A DNA stretch of 64,000 nucleotides from Candidatus Undinarchaeota archaeon (GTDB taxonomy: Archaea > SpSt-1190 > JASMDC01): NCBI GenBank assembly GCA_964519305.1, contig CAZFHY010000007.1, forward strand, positions 64,001-128,000. Reading direction: 5' to 3'. The position numbers and the translations under genes are program-made. Shown piece after piece: positions 56,580 through 64,000 of the stretch (positions within the stretch are counted from its first letter, which is position 1; every line of letters starts with the position of its first letter). The notes below the pieces were generated by a model, which worked only from the letters and a program-made list of their open reading frames with translations, had not been told where the DNA came from and did no database searches.

Positions 56580-57308
56580 TCACATGACGAGGTTCTGTTC
56601 GAGCCTGTCTAGTCGATAGGTCTTGCGCTCGTGCTCCATCTCGAGTCCTTTTAGATTGTGGTCGCGCAGGGGCCCGCCGATTAGCGGGATCCTCGTGGTC
56701 CAGCTCTGCTCGATAGCCTTTGTCTGCTCGGCCTTGTGCTCCTCCTGGACCCTCCGCACCTCGTCGTAGGTCGCAGAGTGCCAGAGGCCGAGGACCATCG
56801 AAGTGTTGCCCTTGGGATCCTGGTACCCGCTGAGGTGGTCGAGGAGCGCATAGGTGACCTCGGCCCTCCCCATCTCGTTCACGGCATCGGCCACGGGGGA
56901 AATGGATTCGAGCTCGTCGAGCACGTCGGGGAAGAACATCGGTTCTGCCGAATACTTGAGCACGTCAAAGGAATGTTCTCTTTGAAAGGTGAACGTCTCA
57001 ATATGATTCTCATCCCACTCGTTGCGGACGTACGCAAGGTCCCTCGTCTTGATCTTGGGGCCCAAGCCCACGCGTTTACCTTCGTAGGTTGGATTGATCC
57101 CGATCTCGTGACAATCATACCACAGGTCGATCGCGGTCATCAGGACATCGGTCCGGGTGGGCCCTTCACCAGTGAAGTGCCGTACCATCATACCAGAATA
57201 TATCTTGGAATGTTCCTGTATGAACGCATAGTGCTTCTCGAGGCCGTTCTCCAGAGCGGCCTGCTCTCCGATCGCATCTAGGACCGTTTCGACGTTCGTC
57301 TCGTACAT
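56580..57308 (-). CDS. Unknown family A protein (divergent copy)
   Basis: AIGEQAALENGLEK, HSF, YALLDHLSGYQDPKGNT and RIPLIG motifs shared with the three paralogs; AGGTGA RBS. Confidence 0.8.
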   Translation of the reverse strand: MYETNVETVLDAIGEQAALENGLEKHYAFIQEHSKIYSGMMVRHFTGEGPTRTDVLMTAIDLWYDCHEIGINPTYEGKRVGLGPKIKTRDLAYVRNEWDENHIETFTFQREHSFDVLKYSAEPMFFPDVLDELESISPVADAVNEMGRAEVTYALLDHLSGYQDPKGNTSMVLGLWHSATYDEVRRVQEEHKAEQTKAIEQSWTTRIPLIGGPLRDHNLKGLEMEHERKTYRLDRLEQNLVM

Positions 57309-57444
57309 CGTTCGCTCACCTTATCAGGGCAAGGCTAGGTTTCGGTTTACCTAATATACATCCCCTTTGGTATGCCTAAATATTCCGATGAATATGGAAA
57401 TCGTGGATGTCATAGTCCAATAAGACCGATATTGGGGGAACTGA

Positions 57445-57855
57445 CTACCGTAACCGCGCAAGCTTTCCGAGCAGGCTCGACTCGGTCCCTGTGATGACAC
57501 CGTCCCGCCTCGCCAGCTTCGCGACGTGTGCGTAGATGTCCGATTCGGTCTCCGCGGCATCGCCGAACCACTGGTTCTCCACGGCCTTCTCCGCTACTTC
57601 CGCGATCGATTCCGCCTCGCTGGGTGAGAGATGGTTGTTGATGTATGAGAAGTTGGCGGTCATCTTGGCGTGCTGTTCCAGTTTCACATCGTGGGTGGCG
57701 ACGTAGGCGGCACCTATTGCGGCGCCGATTCCCAGGAAGAGACCGTACTTGGAAAGGAATCCAGGCTCGTTGTTCGCGTTGAGGTCCTCAGCTGTCGAGT
57801 ACTGGAGGGCGGCGTCGGCAGAGTCATAGCCCGCAGTTTCAAGATCATCATACAT
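57445..57855 (-). CDS. Unknown family B protein (copy 2)
   Basis: 136 aa; hydrophobic segment YGLFLGIGAAIGAAYVA; AGGTGA RBS. Confidence 0.78.
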   Translation of the reverse strand: MYDDLETAGYDSADAALQYSTAEDLNANNEPGFLSKYGLFLGIGAAIGAAYVATHDVKLEQHAKMTANFSYINNHLSPSEAESIAEVAEKAVENQWFGDAAETESDIYAHVAKLARRDGVITGTESSLLGKLARLR

Positions 57856-57926
57856 TAGTCGTCACCTAACGGAGCTTGGGCCGCACTGTTCCGTTCTAAA
57901 AGGTACCCTTGGGGAAGAAGTGTGGC

Positions 57927-58559
57927 CTAGGACAGCACACCTTGTGCCCATTGGCCGAACTCCTGTCCGAACCTGAAGGCATCGCCTGACCGTGCTTTTA
58001 CATCGGCCCCGCTCATCCAGAGCTCATGAGGGAAAGGGGCCCATCCCCACTGTCGTGCATCGTTCGAGATTATCTGGTACTCCCAGGTGAGCTCGAACTT
58101 GTAGGTGCCGAAGGCACCGATCGGACGACCATGACGCGACTCCCATCGAAGGCATCCGAGGAACTGGGCCGTCGGCTCGGAAAGACCCTCGATGGCGCTC
58201 GTGGACCCGATGAGTACCGCGTCGGCGAGGAGCACGTCAGGGATGGAGGCCTTTTCCGCGATGACGAGATGTGGTTCGCACCCCGATTCCTTTACACCGG
58301 CGGCGATGTGATGGGCTAGCTCCTCGGTCTTGCGCTTGGGCCTGTCGTACACGATGAGCACACGTTTCGGCCAGGGATCCTTACGTTCGAGGACGACCGC
58401 ATGTACGGGACAAGCACGGACGCACGCTTCACATTCGGTGCATGCGTCAGGGTTCGCGACCAGGGCCTGTGCGCCCGCGACATAGAAGACAGATCCGGGG
58501 CAGACATCGGCGCATGCGCCGCTCCCCCGACAACGGTTCTTGTCTATCCACGGAGGCAT
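57927..58559 (-). CDS. Ferredoxin-flavodoxin-like fusion protein
   Basis: CRGSGACADVCP and CTECEACVRACP Fe-S motifs, followed by a flavodoxin fold (ADAVLIGS, GAFGTY, AFRFG); ATG at 58559. Confidence 0.82.
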   Translation of the reverse strand: MPPWIDKNRCRGSGACADVCPGSVFYVAGAQALVANPDACTECEACVRACPVHAVVLERKDPWPKRVLIVYDRPKRKTEELAHHIAAGVKESGCEPHLVIAEKASIPDVLLADAVLIGSTSAIEGLSEPTAQFLGCLRWESRHGRPIGAFGTYKFELTWEYQIISNDARQWGWAPFPHELWMSGADVKARSGDAFRFGQEFGQWAQGVLS

Positions 58560-58626
58560 ACTGTTAGAGGTATGATGGATGAGCAATAAAAACATGACGC
58601 CATCGCGGCGTCCAAAAGGAAAGGAT

Positions 58627-58654
58627 GTGGGGGACCGGTTCGACGGCCCCCCAC
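58627..58654 (-). terminator. GC-rich hairpin + pyrimidine tract after family A gene
   Basis: GTGGGGGGCCG-TCGAAC-CGGTCCCCCAC then ATCCTTTCCTTTT on the minus strand. Confidence 0.55.
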
Positions 58655-58671
58655 GTTCTGTTCGCGGGTGC

Positions 58672-59451
58672 TCAGGCTAGGAGCGCTTCCTCAAGACCGT
58701 CGATGATCTCGGCCTTGTGCTCGCGCATCATCTCGAGCTTGCCCGTCCGGTAGGTGCTTACCATCTTACCGACACCCGGGACCTTGTTCACCCAGCTGTC
58801 CTTGATGGCGGCCTTGCGCTCAGTGACCTCTTCGTCGAGCTTCCCGCGAAGCTCAGCGTAGGTCCCTTCTTCGGAAAGACCGAACACCTCGGCGGTGTTT
58901 CCCTCGGGATTGTCGTAGCCGGAGAGGCTCTCGAGCAGCTCATAGGTCACCTGGCCCTTCCCTGCAGAGTACAACGCTCCGGTCACAGCGGATGTATCCT
59001 TGAGAGCGTCCACGGTAGAAGTGAGCTTCTCGGGGAGTGCCCCGTACTCGTTCACCTTGAAGGAATGCTCCTTGGTGATGTGGTCGTTATGCCACATGAA
59101 ACCGCTCTCGCACTCCCGGGAGGTCTCCTTGCTCTTAACGAACTCCCAGTGCACGGTGCGGTATCCGGGGAACATGTCACCTTCTACCTTTGCGTGGATA
59201 CCCTTCTCGGAGCAGGTACGTTCGAGCTTGCATATCTCGCCCTCGACGTCCCACTTGGAGTATCCTTCTTGATTGACCTCGGCCCGATGAGTGCCTGCTC
59301 GCATGACATCATAGGACTCGGTAAAGGAATAGTCCTTTTCAAGACCAGCCTCGATGGCAGTCTGCTCACCGATGGAGCCAAGGACCCCGTAGGCCTCCTG
59401 GCTCACATCGAATTGGTACGGCATGTTGACGCGTTCTAATCCGCCTAGCAT
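58672..59451 (-). CDS. Unknown family A protein
   Basis: ATG at 59451 after AGGTGA; MPY...IGEQTAIEAGLEK, HSF.VNEYGALPE and GYDNPEGNTAEVFGL motifs. Confidence 0.85.
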   Translation of the reverse strand: MLGGLERVNMPYQFDVSQEAYGVLGSIGEQTAIEAGLEKDYSFTESYDVMRAGTHRAEVNQEGYSKWDVEGEICKLERTCSEKGIHAKVEGDMFPGYRTVHWEFVKSKETSRECESGFMWHNDHITKEHSFKVNEYGALPEKLTSTVDALKDTSAVTGALYSAGKGQVTYELLESLSGYDNPEGNTAEVFGLSEEGTYAELRGKLDEEVTERKAAIKDSWVNKVPGVGKMVSTYRTGKLEMMREHKAEIIDGLEEALLA

Positions 59452-59590
59452 GTCTGTTGTCACCTGAGAGGGACACTGGGGCGTCCCGTATATAAACGTT
59501 CGTTTGGGTCGTGCCTTTGACCCGTAATAGCACGATTGTACTGGATCAATACGATATCGATCCACGGTCTATATAGTAGAAAGAAAATGG

Positions 59591-59609
59591 TCCCGCCGAA
59601 TTGGCGGGA
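59591..59609 (-). terminator. Hairpin + U-tract after family A gene pair
   Basis: TCCCGCC-N5-GGCGGGA followed on the minus strand by CCATTTTCTTTCT. Confidence 0.55.
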
Positions 59610-59627
59610 TTTCCTGTAAGTGCTGTA

Positions 59628-60407
59628 CTACTCGACCAGGGATTCTTCGAGCTGGTCGATGATGGCGGACTTGCGCTCCATCTCTTGGGAGACCTTCTCG
59701 TGACGCTTGGCGGTAATGTGGTCTCCGACCACAGGGAGCTTGCCCGCGAGGCTGTTGTTTATCTTCTGGTGCTCGCTGTCGGTCACGAGCTGGAGCACCT
59801 CGCGCATCCCTGCGTAGGTCTCACGGTCACCGAGCTTGAGTATCTCGGCCGTATTGCCGGACTTATCGCTGTAACCGTCGAGGTGATCGATGAGATCGTA
59901 GGCGATGACGTCGATCGGCATGTACTTCACTGACGCCTTGACAGCAGAAGTGTCCTCGAGCTTGTCCAGGTTCTCCGCGAAACGCTCGGGGAGCGCACCG
60001 TACTCGTTGACCGTGAACGAATGCTGGTCCACATATCGGAAGTGGCCCCAGAAGAGACCACGTTCACCGTCCTTGGACACGCTCTCGGTCTTCACCACGC
60101 CCCACCGGGGGATGGTGTAGCGGGTGGTCATACCGGTTTCGAACGTTGCATGGATACCGAGCTCGTCTGCCTTGGCCTCGAGCCCCTTGACCTCCTTGTA
60201 CACTTCGCCGCGGGTCGAACCCCACACGGTGTCGTACTTGTATAGTCCACCGCCGAAGGCCTCGTCGATCGTCTCGGTGAACGAATGGCTCTTCTCGAGC
60301 CCGGCTTCCTTTGCGACCTGCTCACCGATGGCGCCGAGCATGCCGTAGGTACCGTAGTTCACTTCTGCCTCGTAGGGCATGGATGTCCGATCGACGACGC
60401 CTAGCAT
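59628..60407 (-). CDS. Unknown family A protein
   Basis: GGAGG RBS; same conserved motifs; 259 aa. Confidence 0.85.
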   Translation of the reverse strand: MLGVVDRTSMPYEAEVNYGTYGMLGAIGEQVAKEAGLEKSHSFTETIDEAFGGGLYKYDTVWGSTRGEVYKEVKGLEAKADELGIHATFETGMTTRYTIPRWGVVKTESVSKDGERGLFWGHFRYVDQHSFTVNEYGALPERFAENLDKLEDTSAVKASVKYMPIDVIAYDLIDHLDGYSDKSGNTAEILKLGDRETYAGMREVLQLVTDSEHQKINNSLAGKLPVVGDHITAKRHEKVSQEMERKSAIIDQLEESLVE

Positions 60408-60411
60408 GTGT

Positions 60412-61200
60412 TCAGGCCTCCTTTAGTAGCGATCCCTCGAGCTGGTCGATGATGTCCGCCTTTCGCTCCCTAAGGGCCTCGACCTTGGCGAGCTGGCGGT
60501 CCTTGATGTACTTGCCCACGAGCGGGATCTTACCGAAGAACCCGTCATCTATCTTTTCCTTGCGGCCCTGTACCTCGGAATCGAGGAGGGTGCGGTAGGA
60601 GTCGAACGTACTTCCATCGTTGAGACCGAACACTTCAGCGGTGTTCCCCTCGGGATCGGCGTACCCTGCGATGCTGTCGAGCAGTTCGTAGGCGACCTTC
60701 TCGCGTCCGGCAGTGTCCAGTGCATCCTTGACGGATGATACGTCCTGCAAGCGGTCGATGGTCTCGGTCAGCCTCCGCTCCGGGATCGCGCCATACTCCT
60801 CCACCTCGAAGGAGTACTGGTCCACGCAGCGCGTGTTGCTCCAGTGGAACCCGCTCTGCTCGTCCCGGGAGATGGGCGTGGTCTTGACTACCTCCCAATC
60901 CACCCTGCGATATTGTACGTTGATCTCGCCCTTGAGCTTGGCATGGATGCCCAGACTGGCGGCCTTTCCCTCAAGTTCCTCGAGCGCGTGGTACGCGTCC
61001 GACGGGGTGTCGCCATCGATATGGACAGTGACATGCCTGATCCCCGCGTTGATCTCATCGTACGTCTCTGTGCACGAGAATCCCTTCTCCAAGCCGGCCT
61101 CGCTAGCGGTCTGCTCGCCGATGGCCCCGAGCACATCATAGGTCGCTGAGCTCACGTCAAGTGAGTATGGCATCGTGATCCGTTCGTAGTTCTCGATCAT
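60412..61200 (-). CDS. Unknown family A protein
   Basis: ATG at 61200 (MIENYERITMPY) aligns with the paralog starts; TATA-like TTATAAAA upstream. Confidence 0.85.
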   Translation of the reverse strand: MIENYERITMPYSLDVSSATYDVLGAIGEQTASEAGLEKGFSCTETYDEINAGIRHVTVHIDGDTPSDAYHALEELEGKAASLGIHAKLKGEINVQYRRVDWEVVKTTPISRDEQSGFHWSNTRCVDQYSFEVEEYGAIPERRLTETIDRLQDVSSVKDALDTAGREKVAYELLDSIAGYADPEGNTAEVFGLNDGSTFDSYRTLLDSEVQGRKEKIDDGFFGKIPLVGKYIKDRQLAKVEALRERKADIIDQLEGSLLKEA

Positions 61201-61360
61201 TTGTGATCCACCCTGAGGGGATGGCGGCCCCGGCCCTCCTTTTATAACCACCCTTGGGCTCACACCGTGATAAATCGAATCACGTCTTGTTGTCTCACGG
61301 GCCGTCACCTTGGGCAGGTTTATATACGCCTGAACCGTGTTGTACCCCGAGCGTGGTGAC

Positions 61361-62323
61361 ATGGAGCGGTACGATCTGACCGAACATCCGTTGACCATCG
61401 TGAACGAAGCGGGCGGAACACTGTCCGTGTATGTGGGCGAGCGTTCCTTCAATAGCTACCTCGATGATGTAGCCGATAAGGGTGCTTACGGGGAAACGCT
61501 CGTGTTCAATCCTCCTGATTCTACAATGACCGTCACATCGGAGACCGAGAGCTATCTGCTCGACGGTGCCGGTACAGTGGTCGTCGCAAAGGACGCATCT
61601 CCGCGGTTCCTGTACTCCGTACCCGAGACCGGCTCCATGGGCCCCCTGGCCATGACCACGACTGCGCCCGAGTGGTGGGAGAGCTACGAAGGTGAGCCTA
61701 TGAACACAACGGGCTACAGGGGCGACGAATGGGTCGGTGTCTACGACCTGTCCGAGCGCAGGAACACCGACACTGGTGGCTCTACCGAGTGGACCAACGA
61801 CGCGGTCTCTGCCCGACCTGAGGAAGCGGACGGTGTGTTCGGGTTCTCCTACATGACATCCGGCAGGGTGAACGACGGCGGTCCGAACGACATGGTCCCA
61901 ATCTACGAGAACAGACCTGTTGAGAGCATACACCGGCACCCCAAGGTCCATCAGTACGTGCAGGGTTCGGACATCACGGGCATCCACGAGCTATATGTGG
62001 TTGTAGAGGGGAAGGTCGGTATAGGTGTGTTCCACCCGGAAGAAGGTACGATGGACTACCATCTCCTCGAGGCCGGAGAGGCATTGGTGGTCGATCCGGA
62101 CGAGACGCACGCGATACTGGCCACATCTAAGGAGTTCGCGTACGCTTGCGCCCAGACACCGAGCACCTACCATTACCCCTTCGAGTACACGAAGCACGAC
62201 TTCTCACCCGTATCCGAGATGGAGCAGAGGCTCGGCTACGATGTCAACGAACGCCTGAAAGGGTTCACCGAGCCAGGTGTCTACACACTGGACGTGGACG
62301 CCCGAGCACTTGGTATTGACTAG
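61361..62323 (+). CDS. Protein with C-terminal cupin domain
   Basis: H..VHQ...HELYVVVEG and GEALVVDPDETH cupin motifs; ATG at 61361 after GGTGA; TTTATATA box upstream. Confidence 0.75.
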   Translation: MERYDLTEHPLTIVNEAGGTLSVYVGERSFNSYLDDVADKGAYGETLVFNPPDSTMTVTSETESYLLDGAGTVVVAKDASPRFLYSVPETGSMGPLAMTTTAPEWWESYEGEPMNTTGYRGDEWVGVYDLSERRNTDTGGSTEWTNDAVSARPEEADGVFGFSYMTSGRVNDGGPNDMVPIYENRPVESIHRHPKVHQYVQGSDITGIHELYVVVEGKVGIGVFHPEEGTMDYHLLEAGEALVVDPDETHAILATSKEFAYACAQTPSTYHYPFEYTKHDFSPVSEMEQRLGYDVNERLKGFTEPGVYTLDVDARALGID

Positions 62324-62327
62324 TACA

Positions 62328-62735
62328 TCACGAGGAAAGCTCTTCGATCAGTCCATTTACCCTTCGTACGATATCGTCCCGTATCGCACGTACCTCTTCG
62401 AGAGGGCGTCCCTTCGGGTCGGGCAGCTCCCAGTCCTCGGTAGGGATCCCTGTCCTGGGACATGCCCCGTCCATACATCCCATGGTGATGGCACGGACCG
62501 CCCCGTCGATCATCTCTTTAGTGAGCATCTTCGGGCGCTCTTTCGATAGATCGATGTCCATTTCCATCATGACCTCCACGGTCTCTGGATGGACATGGTC
62601 CGCCGGCTCGGTCCCGGCGCTCACGCCGATGTAGCCTTCAGGTGCATCGCGGTCGAAGAACGCGGCGGCCATCTGAGACCTGCCGGCATTGTGCACACAG
62701 ATGAAGAGGACTTTACGAGCGGGATTGTCTTCCAT
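62328..62735 (-). CDS. arsC: Thioredoxin-coupled arsenate reductase / LMW-PTP family
   Basis: FICVHNAGRSQMA, SAGT, ITMGC...CP and DW.LPDPKG motifs. Confidence 0.9.
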   Translation of the reverse strand: MEDNPARKVLFICVHNAGRSQMAAAFFDRDAPEGYIGVSAGTEPADHVHPETVEVMMEMDIDLSKERPKMLTKEMIDGAVRAITMGCMDGACPRTGIPTEDWELPDPKGRPLEEVRAIRDDIVRRVNGLIEELSS

Positions 62736-62775
62736 CGACAGAGGATTCGCGATATCAGGTTAAAGAGGTTACGTC

Positions 62776-64000
62776 CTAGACCCGGTCGGGCCGGTCCTGG
62801 AGAAGATCTACCATGTCGTAGACGACGCAATCCCAGGCGAGCGGTTTCGCGCCCCCGCCTTTGCCGTTCTCCGGATTGTAGTGCTCCCACCAGTCGTTCT
62901 CTTTCACAAGGTCGACGGTCTTATGTGCGACCTCCTTTGCGAGGTCCGTCCTTCCCTGGTTCTCAAGGCCTTTCATGACGAACCAGTTGACGTTCAGCCA
63001 GACATTCCCACGCCAGTAAGTGTCTGGATCGTAACTATCGTTGTCCATAGAGGTCGTGGATATGCCGTACTGTGCCCAGAACTCTTTGGTGTTCGTTAGA
63101 TGCTCGTCTATCATCTTTGAGTAGTCGAACTTCCTATCAAGGAGCATCGGGTAGAACATCGCGGCCGACTTAACAGGCGAGAGTGTTCCATCTGAAAGAA
63201 TGTCGCAGAACTTGTCACCATCGTACATCGTGTTGAAGATGGCGTCCGTTGTCTTTGCTGACTGCTTCTCGAGCCATGTAGCATCCCTTCCGATCTCTTT
63301 GCTCAGGCTAGCGAGGATCTTCACGTTCTTTGCGTAGAGCACGTTGAAGTCAACGGGCTTAACTTCGAAGCTACCGTTTGCCAGTATCTTCTTCTCGTTC
63401 CATCCCTGCTCCTGGCACTCCTTGAAGATGCGCATCTTGTGCTCTCCTATCTCTTCACGAGTACCTTCGGTCACACCGTAGGTCGAGTCCCACCTTTGTG
63501 AGTTGTCCCAGCCGCTCTCCCAGGAATGATAGATCGATAGAAGCTCGTCACCGTCCGGGTCCCTGACGTCCTTGAGGTGCTTGTAGTAGTTCTCCAACTG
63601 GGGGAGGACCTCTTTAAGGAACTCCTTGTCACCCGTGCGAGCGTAGATGCGTTCTACGGCCATAGCGATGATGGGGGGTTGGACCATGTCGGAATGATAG
63701 GGTGAGGACCAGTACTCGTCCACGAGGTCCTTGAAGCCTTCGGGTACCTCCTGTCCATCACCATTGAAGTAGTTCATGTGAGGGATGAACCCGTCAGCAC
63801 GCTGGTTCGCCAGCATGGACCGGACCTCTTCCTTGGCTACACCGGGCTCTCTTTCAGCAAGCACATAAGCATGGAAGCAGGAGTCCCAGAACCATTGCCG
63901 ACCGACATAGCCCTCGTGGTTCACACTGGGGGTCGTGAACGTGTGGCCATCGACGGTGACACGCTGCTCTGTGAGCAACCTGTATGCTGATTCCTTGACT
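62776..64000 (-). CDS. GH63/MGH1-like (trehalase-like) glycoside hydrolase, 5'-truncated by window
   Basis: QWFWDSCFHA, QPPIIA, WESGWDNS, YWRGNVW and EHYNP motifs; frame is open to the window edge. Confidence 0.88.
   Translation of the reverse strand, partial: VKESAYRLLTEQRVTVDGHTFTTPSVNHEGYVGRQWFWDSCFHAYVLAEREPGVAKEEVRSMLANQRADGFIPHMNYFNGDGQEVPEGFKDLVDEYWSSPYHSDMVQPPIIAMAVERIYARTGDKEFLKEVLPQLENYYKHLKDVRDPDGDELLSIYHSWESGWDNSQRWDSTYGVTEGTREEIGEHKMRIFKECQEQGWNEKKILANGSFEVKPVDFNVLYAKNVKILASLSKEIGRDATWLEKQSAKTTDAIFNTMYDGDKFCDILSDGTLSPVKSAAMFYPMLLDRKFDYSKMIDEHLTNTKEFWAQYGISTTSMDNDSYDPDTYWRGNVWLNVNWFVMKGLENQGRTDLAKEVAHKTVDLVKENDWWEHYNPENGKGGGAKPLAWDCVVYDMVDLLQDRPDRV

Overview
Chromosomal window from an archaeon. 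Evidence: pelota, HemK2 methylase, geranylgeranyl reductase, tRNA-Tyr with a canonical-position intron and C1-G72, tRNA-Glu, TATA-like boxes, GGTGA/GAGG ribosome-binding sites and class III signal peptides. Several surface-protein families resemble those of DPANN lineages (inference only). The first 23 kb is a surface/secretion locus. Three tandem ~2,100-aa, extremely cysteine-rich secreted paralogs (the first truncated by the window) converge on a three-gene operon encoding a divergent fourth family member, an Ig-rich secreted protein and a class III (pilin-type) signal-peptide protein. The family has a conserved helical core interrupted by variable cassettes and a conserved 8-Cys C-terminal tail. 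A fifth giant Cys-rich, membrane-anchored protein lies at 30.8-36 kb. Other notable items: a glutamate 2,3-aminomutase + M20 peptidase + ATP-grasp ligase operon, a rhomboid protease with a ~140-aa coiled-coil insertion, a bacterial-type PfkA, and a cluster of two unknown paralog families (4 + 2 copies) beside tRNA-Glu. No CRISPR array, integrase, transposase or rRNA was recognised. All family assignments come from motif recognition by eye, not from database searches.
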